A DNA stretch of 64,000 nucleotides from Octopus vulgaris. Taxonomy: Eukaryota. The stretch's first letter is position 1, and each line of letters opens with the position of its first letter. The notes under the pieces are model-generated. The model did not search any database. It worked only from the letters and a program-made list of their open reading frames with translations, and was not told the origin of the DNA. The stretch lies in contig OX597836.1 in the NCBI GenBank assembly GCA_951406725.2, forward strand, positions 42,594,001-42,658,000. The letters are read 5' to 3'. Made by a program: the position numbers and the translations under genes. Below, one piece after another: positions 54,429 to 64,000 of the stretch.

Positions 54429-54620
54429 TGTGGCAATTATATTAATGACAATGCACATAATTATGGTGTGGACAGAATTGATGGTGATGTGATGAATTGG
54501 TAGAGTACTTGAGGTATTTGCAACAAATATTGTAATAAAAGTAGTAGTAGTAGTAATGCCAATAAAACTACTAATAATAGTGATGGTGATGATGATGATG
54601 ATGATGATAATAATAATAAT

Positions 54621-55219
54621 AAAGAAGGAATATATTCACAGACATGACAGAGTTGTGACCTACATACACAGGAAGCTATGCCAACATTATGGAATAACAA
54701 CAGAAAAAAGATGGTATAGGCACACACCAGAAAAGGTCACAGAAAACAGGAAAGCAACATTACTCTGGGATATGCCAATACACACAGATAGGGAAATTAA
54801 GGCCAACAGACCAGATATAGTTGTCAGAGATCATGAAGAAAATAAATGATTTCTAATTGATGTATCAATACCAGCAGACGACAGCGTGTCTCTAAAAGAA
54901 ATGGAGAATCTTTCAAAATACAAAGACCTGGAAATAGAGGTAACTTGAACGTGGAATCTAAAAACAGAAACAATTCCTATTATAGTAGGTGCATTAGGCA
55001 TGATAAAAAAATATTCAGACAAATACATAACAAAAACACCAGGACTTACAAACACATATAACATACAGAAAATTGCACTACTGGGCACTGCACACATCTT
55101 ATGCAAAGCACTTTCAATACAGTAACCATCAGAGCATTACAACAAATCACAACACATACCCAAGGCACACAGAGCTGTGCTCGATAGTGAAGTGAAAGCA
55201 CGCTATAAAAATAAAACTA

Positions 55220-55250
<31 letters not shown>

Positions 55251-55256
55251 GTAATG

Positions 55257-55291
<35 letters not shown>

Positions 55292-55310
55292 TATAATAAT
55301 AATAATAATT
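54621..55310 (+). mobile_element. 5'-truncated R4/Dong-like LINE with (AAT)n tail abutting exon 5 of copy B
   Basis: EYIHRHDRVV...LLWDMPIHTDREIKANRPDIVV...LIDVSIP...KYKDLEIE...PIIVGALG, with stops. AAT repeats on both sides. Confidence 0.85.
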
Positions 55311-55312
55311 AG

Positions 55313-55422
55313 TTTTGCAGAAGCCGGTTACAACATGACTGCTGATGATGCCAACCCACAGATGGTGCTGAATGCGAGGATCACATGTGCCTCTACCATG
55401 GCCTACAACCTCTTGTTTGTTG
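55313..55422 (+). CDS. Copy B coding exon 5
   Basis: (AAT)n-tag|T ... GTTG|gtaata, 110 nt, homologous to 11118-11227. The acceptor lacks a polypyrimidine tract. Confidence 0.75.
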
Positions 55423-56162
55423 GTAATAACTGTATTATGTCTCTCATGGTGGTGGAGGTGTGGTTGTTGTTGTTGTTGTTGTTGTTGTTATATGGTCCCG
55501 GGTCAGCCCTTGCTGAGCAGATATATGACCAAGCATATATATCAGCTGCCACTAGTCTGCCCATTTCCCTGCGTATAAGGAAACAAGGGCTACATCGTCA
55601 CCTGATGTGGCCCTTTATTTAAGTGGCTGTGATTTGAATAGGAAAGGCGTAGGAGTGGCTGTGTGGTAAGTAGCTTGCTTACCATCCACATGGTTCCAGG
55701 TTCTGTCCTATTGTGTGGCACCTTGGGCAAGTGTCTTCTGCTATAGCCTCGGGCCGACCAAAGCCTTGTGAGAGGATTTGGTAGACAGAAACTAAAAGAA
55801 GCCTGTTTTGTATATATATGTGTTTGTATATGCTTGTGTGTCTGTGTTTGTCCTCCCAACATCGCTTGACATCCGATGCTGGTGTGTTTACGTCCCTGTA
55901 ACTTGGTGGTTCGACAAAATAGACCAATAGAATAAGTACTAGGCTTACAAAGTCCCGGGGTCGATATTTGCTCGACTAAAGGCGGTGCTCCAGCATGGTC
56001 GCAGTCAAATGACTGAAACAAGTAAAAGAGTATATATGTAAATGTAAAAAAAAAAAAAAATGAGAATAAATGCTCAACACGACATTGGTGGATGAAGGTT
56101 CTTGATTTGTGCATTAAGACTACAATTGGTTTCATGTTAAGAAAGTATCTTAACAGTTTTTA

Positions 56163-56196
<34 letters not shown>

Positions 56197-56200
<4 letters not shown>

Positions 56201-56758
56201 GTTGTCCGGAAAGTTCGTGCCGATTTTTAAAGGAAAGAAAATAGTCAATAAATACTTGCCATTACATTTTTTAATCAACCAAATATGAACCATTTTGTTG
56301 CACAATGCGTCTCCATCTTTCCTTTAACTTGAAAATACCCTCTTCCCAGAATTGAAGTGGTTTCATGGCAAAGAATTCATCAAGGTATCTTTTTACGTCA
56401 TCCAAGGAATTGAAATTTTTACCATTAAGACTATTCTACAGAGACCTGAATAAGTTGAAATCTGAAGGAGCAATATCTGGTGAATATGGAGGGTGGGATA
56501 ACACATCCCAGCCAAGCTCCAGCAATTTTTGTCTGGTTCCCAAAGCATCAAATGCCGAAAATGAACTTTCTTCCATTTTAAATGGTTATAGAATTAACAC
56601 AGATTATAGGAGCATAAACTGTCTTCCACGAAAAGATAGCTTAAACTGTGCTCTAAATGGAGGTGTAGTCAAATCCTATTTCATGGACTCAACCATGTTC
56701 TAAAATAAGTCGAAAGGTAAGCTACTATTAATCGGCACAAACTTTCCAATCAACGCAA
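56197..56758 (-). mobile_element. Internally deleted mariner element
   Basis: TIRs ttgggttgtccggaaagttcgtgccgatt / aatcggcacaaactttccaatcaacgcaa, TA flanks. Minus strand gives WDVLSHPPYSPDIAPSDF. Confidence 0.87.
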
Positions 56759-56772
56759 TACATATATTATTA

Positions 56773-56821
<49 letters not shown>

Positions 56822-57171
56822 CATATATATGTATATATTATATATATATATAATTATATATATATGTTATATATATATTATTATTATTATTATTATTTAT
56901 ATATATATATATATATATATCATTATCATTATTATATATTTTTCTTTATTGTAGTAAAATTGACTTACAACTGTTTCCAGTAGTTGTTACAGGTTCAACC
57001 TTTGCAGTTCTCTTCAAGACTTGATCCACCAACATTATGTGGGCCAGTGGTAACAGGTAACATGTGGGGAAAATGCTTTAACATGATCCATGTGCCACAT
57101 GAGTTAATTGCTCAAAGGGCTTTTTATATATTCTTACAATGGTTATATATATTTGTTCTTCCTCTTTGCAG

Positions 57172-57279
57172 GTTTTTATGACAGATGCGAGAAATTATTG
57201 ATGGAAAACTTGAAGAAAGCCTCACATCATCCCAGTCTAGCTGTTATGTTGAACACAATGGGTATTAATTATGAAAGGA
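57172..57279 (+). CDS. Copy B coding exon 6 (TPR-like)
   Basis: tgcag|GT ... AGGA|gtaagt, 108 nt, one codon shorter than copy A. Confidence 0.87.
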
Positions 57280-57782
57280 GTAAGTGTGGTCCCTCTATTT
57301 AAAAAAAATTTTTTTTACTCTTTTACTTGTATCACTCATTTGACTGTGGCCATGCTGGAGCACCACCTTGAAGGGTTATTAGTCGAAAAAATCATCCCCG
57401 GAGGCTTATTCTTTTTAAAGCCTAGTACTTATTCTGTCAATCCCTTTTTTCCAAATTTTCCAAATTGCCAAATTTATGGGAACATAAACACACCAACACC
57501 GGTTGACAAACGGTGATGAAGGAACAAACACACACACACATACATGCACACACGCACACATTAATATATACATAATAGTGTCTTCTACTATAGCCTTGGG
57601 CCGACCATAGCCTTATGATTGGAACTGATAGACAGGAACTGAAAGAAACTTATATATATACACTCATATACATATATATACACACATATACATATATATA
57701 CACTCATATACATATATATACACACATATACATATATATACACACATATATATATATGTATATATTTACAAATATATATACA

Positions 57783-58000
57783 TATATTATATAGAGGGCA
57801 TTATTACACATAAATGCCGCACGCTAGGAGGGACTCTTAAAGTCAAAACTACCAAAAGAAACATATCGTACCGAATGCAAGTCTCGAAGCAAGTCATTTA
57901 AAAACTGCATTCGGTACGATATGTTTATTTTGGTAGTTTTGACTTTAAGAGTCCCTCTTAGCGTGTGGAATTTGTGTAATAATGCCCTCTATATAATATA
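57783..58000. repeat. Palindrome with ~95-bp arms and 26-bp spacer
   Basis: 57783-57879 is the reverse complement of 57906-58000. Confidence 0.9.
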
Positions 58001-59436
58001 AATATATATATTCAAGTGAAAAAATTTACTAATTTTTTCTCTTATGAGGTTTTTCACGCTAACTACTTGATAATTTCTTATGAAGATTTTATCCTATTTT
58101 TAAATTATATATATATATGTATATATCTGTGTGTGTGTGTGTGTTTTTTGTGTCTGTGCTTCCCCCCCCCCCCCGCCTGCTCCATCACTACTTCACAACT
58201 GGTGTTGGTGTGTTTACATCCTGTATCTTAGCTGTTCAGCAAAAGAGACTGATAGAATAAGTACTAGACTTCTCAAAGAATCAGTCCTGGTGGGTGGGGG
58301 GGGGGTCAATCTCTTCGACCAAAACCCTTTAAGGTAGTGTTCTAGCATAGCTGAAGTCAAATGACCGAAACACGTTAAAGAATAAAAGAGTACAAGTTGA
58401 AATATTTCAGATCAAAATTTACAGCCCAAAATAATTTAGGTTAACTCCAAGACAGCTTTTCCTTGGGGGACCAAAAACCTGCATGTGAAATGCAGCAGGA
58501 ATTGGAAAGACATTGACAATGTTTGAATAGTTATTCTCAGCCCTTCCAAAGTGCCTTGGATCGCATGATGGCCTGCTGTACTTACCTTGGATCGTAGGGC
58601 GACCTGCTGTGCTTGAGGAGACCTGTTGAGTCAAGTACATCAACATCAAAAGATCAAATGGAAATTGTAGTTGTGATACCTGTGCCGGTAGCATGTAAAA
58701 AGCACCATCCAAATGTGGCCAATGCCAGGGCCGCCTTGACTGGCTTCCGTGCTGGTGGCATGTAAAAAGCACCATCCGTGTGTGGCCAATGTCAGCTCTG
58801 CCTTGACTGGCTTCCGTGCTGGTGGCATGTAAAAAGCACCATCCGTGTGTGGCCAATGTCAGCTCTGCCTTGACTGGCTTCCGTGCTGGTGGCATGTAAA
58901 AAGCACCAACCGATTGTGGCCGTTGCCAGCCTACCCTGGCACCTGTGCCGGTGGCATGTAAAAAGCACCATCCGTGTGTGGCCGATGCCAGCGCTGCCTT
59001 GACTGGCTTCTGTGCTGGTGGTATGTAAAAAGCACCAACCGATTGTGGCCATTGCCAGCCTACCCTGGCACCTGTGCCGGTGGCATGTAAAAAGCACCAT
59101 CTGTGCGTGGCCGATGCCAGGCCACCCTTGACTTGGTCAGATTCAAAGATCATACTATCAGCAACAGTCATGATTACAATTTCATGGGTGTCGTTTACGT
59201 GACTCCGACAATGGCCACAACTACAATTTCACTTGGCTTGATGAGTCTTCTCCAGCACAACATATCAGCCGTCCAACCCATGCTAGCATGGAAAACAGAC
59301 GTTAAATGATGATGATGATGATGATGATGATGATGTTTGCATTATGTATTACATTGACCTGTATGCTGGAAAATATGTTATGACCTAATCTTTCTAACAG
59401 GCAAATCTCAAATCCTGTTGTTGTATCACCATAGAG

Positions 59437-61075
59437 CAGGGGTTTTCAACCATTTTTTTTATCAACGGACCCCTTTGATTACAATTTTATTCTTGTGAAT
59501 CCCCATAGCTGTTCAATGTTTAAGAACTAGTTTTATAGAAACTTCTTTCAAAATTCCTATTTTGTTTTTCACACGGTGTGGAGGCGCAATGGCCCAGTGG
59601 TTAGGGCAGCAGACTCACGGTTGGAGGATTGCGGTTTCGATTCCCAGACCAGGCATTGTGTGTGTCCATTGAACGAAAACACCGAAAAGCTCCACGAGGC
59701 TCTGGCAGGGGGTGGTGGCAACCCCTGTTGTACTCCTTCGCCACAACTTTCTCTCACTCTCTCTTCCTGTTTGTTGAGTAACGCTGCGATGGACTGGCAT
59801 CCCGTCCAGCTGGGGGGAACACATATGCCACAGAAACCGGGAAACCGGGCCCATGAGCCTGGCTAGGCTTGAAAAGGGCAACGTTTATGGTTTTTTTTCA
59901 CACAGTGTAAGTTGATCTATGTAAAATGTTAGAGAAAGAAACCTAGCTGTTTCTTGCAATACATACATCTAATGCAGGGGTTCTCAACTATTTCTTATCT
60001 ATGGACCCCTTCGATTACTCTTTTATTCTGGTGGACCCCACTAGCCATTCGATGTTTAAAAACTAGTTTTACTCTTTACTCTTTTACTCTTTTACTTGTT
60101 TCAGTCATTTGACTGCAGCCATGCTGGAGCACCGCCTTTAGTCAAGCAAATCGACCCCGGGACTTATTCTTTGTAAGCCCAGTACTTATTCTATCGGTCT
60201 CTTTTGCTGAACCGCTAAGTTACGGGGACATAAACACACCAGCATCGGTTGTCAAGCAATGCTAGGGGGACAAACACAGACACACAAACATATACACACA
60301 CACTTATATATATATATATATATACGACAGGCTTCTTTCAGTTTCCGTCTACCAAATCCACTCACAAGGCATTGGTCGGCCCGAGGCTATAGCAGAAGAC
60401 ACTTGCCCAAGATGCCACGCAGTGGGACTGAACCCGAAACCATGTGGTTGGTTAGCAAGCTACTTACCACACAGCCACTCCTGCGCCTATTTTTATAGAA
60501 ACTTCTTTCAAAATTCCTGTTTTATTTGTCACACATTAACCTGTGTAGGTTGAACCATGTAAAATGTTACACATGGAAAATTAGCTGTTTCTTACAATAA
60601 ATACCAATAAAATGATAAACGTCGCCCTTTTCAAGCCTAGTCAGGCTCATGGGCCCGGTTTCCAGGTTTCTGTGGCGTATGTGTTCCCCCCAGCTGGACG
60701 GGACACCAGTCCATCGCAGCGTTACTCAAGAAACAGGAAGAGGGAGTGAGAGAAAGTTGGGGCGAAAGAGTACAACAGGGGTTGCCCCCCGACCCCCTGC
60801 CGGAGCCTCGTGGCGCTTCAGGTGTTTCCGTTCAATAAACACACTCAACACCCAGTCTGGGAATTGAAACCGCGGTCCTCTGACCACAAGTCCGCTACCC
60901 TAACTACTGGGCCATTGCGCCTCTACAATAAATACCAATACATACATCTAAAGCAAAATTTTCAGGGCCTTTAAAATACTATTGTGGATCCCCAACTTGC
61001 TATGAGGTTGCGTGGGCCCCCAAAGTTCTTATATGGGCCCTCAGGGGTTATATCAACCCTAGTTGAGAACCACTG
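59437..61075. mobile_element. hAT-like MITE, partly duplicated, with three nested SINEs
   Basis: caggggttttcaac (59437), caggggttctcaac (59975) ... gttgagaaccactg (61075). Internal sequence resumes after each SINE. Confidence 0.6.
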
Positions 61076-61348
61076 CCTTGGAGAATCAGAAACCATTATT
61101 AGTAGCCATAGAAACATAATTGTAAGAGGAGAGAACAGACATGTGGGTTAGAGGCTGGAATGTGCCTATTTCTGGTTGTGACCTGAGGTTTTGCAGTGCA
61201 GAGTAGTAGCACCAATCCCTATTGTGAGTCTTAGGTCATCAAGGACACACCAGTGTAAATGTACTTGGGATATATCAACTGTGGCCTTTAATAACCAGCC
61301 ACTCCTTCACTCTGCCTGTATTCTACTTTTCATGCCGAATAATATGGC

Positions 61349-62790
61349 ATATAGTGGTTGTATACTGTCAATTCAATGTGACAGTCCCGTATGGGAATTA
61401 CACCACCGCTGTTTAGCCCTAGGAAACATCGACGTCTCCTGTTGGCTTTGACGCATTTTCTGTGTCCTTATATTTGCAAAGGGGAGGCATCATCATCATT
61501 CATCATTGTTCGACCGTGGTCGAGACAATGGAATTTACCATGCTACGCCAGACTTCACGGTTCATCATGGCATTACGGAGGTCCTGTTGCTGGATGCCTG
61601 TATCCCTGGAGATTACATCAGGGTAGGAGAGTGTGCGCCCTCTGGTATTGCGAGTAGATGGCTTCCAGAGGAGGAGAGTAGAAATTACCTCTTTTTCAGC
61701 TCTACAACAATGTCCAGCAAACTGGACTCTCTTACCTTTCACAAGAGATGACACAGGTGGTAGTTTCCCATATATTTGCATTTTGGTTGGATGACGCTTC
61801 CACGAGATATTTTGAGCTCTCATAAGGAGGCGAGTGCAAGTTCCATTCAACCACCTCTCAAGCTTCTTTGATAACGTCCAGGTTTCTGAGCCATATAGTA
61901 GAATTGGTTCGATTGTAGCTTTGAAGATTTCAAGTTTGAAGTCTCTACTTAGGTTTGATGACCAGATCTTATGCATGTCATTACATGTCATTACAAAGGG
62001 GAGGCAGTACTGTACTGTATATATTTGATTTATTATTTTTATAATTTGTGTAAATCCAAAACAACACCACGGGGGAATCGACGTAAGCTTCAATAAAAAG
62101 CCGCGATAAGTGAATCGCGATATGGCAAGGGATTACTGTACATACACAACGGACTTCCACACAGTTTCCGCCTATCAAATTTACTTACAAGGCATTGGTC
62201 AGTCCGGGGTTAAAATAGCCATAAAGACACATAGTGGAATAGAACCCGAAACCATGTGGTGGCTGCAAACCAAGCCTCTTAACCACACAGCCAACTCTAC
62301 TTATTGATAATAAAAGTTTGTTGATTAAATATCGGAAAATAAGGAGACGTCGATGTTTCCTAGGGCTAAATGGCGGTGGTGTAATTCTCTTACGGGACTG
62401 TCACATTGAGTTAACGGTATACGACCCCTATATCGCTCTACCACCACTTATGTCTCTTTGAGACATTTAGAAATTCAATATTTCTAATTTCGGTGATCAG
62501 TAAATAAATTTTACTGAAAATATGATATATTTGCAGAGAGTTTGCAGTCATCTCAGCGACCGAGGCAGACTACCCTGGACTGACGACAAGCAATAGACTC
62601 AGAAACATATGTCTTCAGGTGCCTTGTCTCAGCTTGCGGGGGTGATTGCTTCCCCTTTGCAAATACAAGGACACAGAAAATGTGTCAAAGCCGACAGGAG
62701 ACGTCGATGTTTCCTAGGGCTAAATGGCGGTGGTGTAATTCCCTTACGGGACTGTCACATTGAGTTGACAGTATACGACCACTATATCGC
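61349..62790. mobile_element. TIR element (~140-bp TIRs) hosting the RTE fragment
   Basis: 61349-61488 is the reverse complement of 62646-62786. 62342-62490 is a direct duplicate of 62697-62840. Confidence 0.65.
61489..61995 (-). mobile_element. RTE-clade LINE 3' fragment with (GAT)n tail
   Basis: KIWSSNLS...IEPILLYGSETWTL...RLLMRAQNISW...FAGHC in ORF 61503-62093. Confidence 0.85.
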
Positions 62791-63461
62791 TCCACCACCG
62801 CTTATGTCTCTCTGAGACATTTAGAAATTCAATATTTCTAACAAATATGGCATAGTCAGAGAATTAAGTTGCACCCATTTCTTTCTGATGTCCACATACA
62901 ATGTCTAAGTCTCACCACCATACTTCTTCACATGTTATGCATATATTTCCAGCAGTCAGCCCTATACATCACCATCCTCATCGTTTAACATTTGTCTTCT
63001 CTGCATGCATGGGTGGGATGGCTGACAGGGGCCGGCTACTGTGTCTGTTTTGGCAGGACAGAGTTTTTATGACTGGCTGTCCTTCCTAATACCAACCACT
63101 CTGCAGGGTCGACTGAGTGCTTTTCATGTGGCACCAGTACATGCAAGGTCAGTTTTGGCATAGTTTTTACAGCTGAATGCCCTTCCAAATTCCAACCCTT
63201 TACAGTGTGGACTGGATGCTTTTTATGTGGCACCAGCACTGGCAAGGTAACCAAGTAACTTGCAGGACAAGGAATTTTGAAATAAACACCATTTATTACT
63301 GACACAGAAATAACTATTTAAAAATCTATAGCACTTCTTTCTCAATATATTGATGTGGTTGATTTCTCAGAGAGGTTGCCCTCCCTGTAACATACAGGGA
63401 CTTGTTTCACCTGTACAACTCATTTGTATTGTTTACATAATTTCCATTTTTCTTTCAATAG

Positions 63462-63605
63462 ATGGTGCACAAATGGAGCGAGCATTGCATTTTTATAATG
63501 CTTCCCTTGTTGAAAGACTAAAAGTTGTGACTGTAAACCCCAAGAAATCTGTGATAGCATACTGCAATGTAGCAAATGTCCTGTCTCAAAATTGTGGGAA
63601 GCACC
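63462..63605 (+). CDS. Copy B coding exon 7 (TPR)
   Basis: aatag|AT ... CACC|gtacgt, 144 nt, homologous to 13322-13465. Confidence 0.87.
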
Positions 63606-63713
63606 GTACGTATACATTTTTAAGAAAAATGTAAGAAAAATCTGAAATTGACTAAACTGTTACCTGGGTGTTTCTCACTTGTTTTTTTTCCATTTTATTT
63701 GGGTTTTTTCCAG

Positions 63714-63825
63714 ACATGGCCTTGAAACTTTTGTTCAATGCAGAGAAGATCCAAAAAAATAACGGCTGGCTCCATATAAACACTGGTTTGGTGCTCATTC
63801 ACATTGCACAAATATATTTGAGAAT
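63714..63825 (+). CDS. Copy B coding exon 8 (TPR); gene continues beyond the window
   Basis: tccag|AC ... AGAAT|gtaagt, 112 nt, homologous to 14244-14355. Confidence 0.87.
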
Positions 63826-63837
63826 GTAAGTACTTTT

Positions 63838-64000
63838 GGATCTTTTCGGTTTGAACGGCAGTTTTTTTCTAGCGGTGTCATATGAAATTGTCACCCATAA
63901 TTATGACCCTAGTATCGATCTATTGCACTTCAATCTGTTTTAGGGTTAGGGTTGGTTAGGGTTTGGAAGGGAGGGTATCTTTTTTTCTTCACAAATGTAA
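63838..64000. mobile_element. GGATCTTTTC-TIR MITE, cut by the window edge
   Basis: Near-identical to the start of 27112-27551. Begins 12 nt after the exon 8 donor of copy B. Confidence 0.85.

Noticed and set aside
44631-63825. Copy B as an uncollapsed haplotype of copy A
   Set aside because: TPR exons are only ~54-70% identical and the introns hold different TE insertions, far beyond allelic divergence.

Overview
Repeat-rich animal genomic DNA with spliceosomal GT-AG introns. The tRNA-derived SINE families and microsatellite load look like an octopus (coleoid cephalopod) genome; this is recognition, not a database match. The main content is two tandem, same-strand (+) paralogues of a 10-coding-exon gene of about 857 aa. 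It encodes an NB-ARC-type STAND NTPase (FVGR, Walker A GLPYVGKT, Walker B ICIFDD, GLP, winged helix) followed by TPR-like repeats, i.e. an NLR-like architecture. Copy A has exons 2-10 at 1855-20111, with exon 1 off the left edge. Copy B has exons 1-8 at 44631-63825, with the rest off the right edge. All exons splice in frame with matching phases. Hand-counted A/B amino-acid identity falls from about 94% in the NTPase exon to about 54% in the last shared TPR exon. Between the copies lie a decayed full-length Gypsy LTR retrotransposon (SINE inside its 3' LTR), a 1.9-kb (AAT)n array with an R4/Dong-like LINE, and nested inverted duplications. Introns of copy A hold several minimal type I hammerhead ribozyme motifs, including a 401-153-401 bp direct-repeat element with one hammerhead per repeat (retrozyme-like or Penelope-derived). 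Penelope, RTE, Tx1-like and mariner remnants, MITEs and minisatellites fill the rest.
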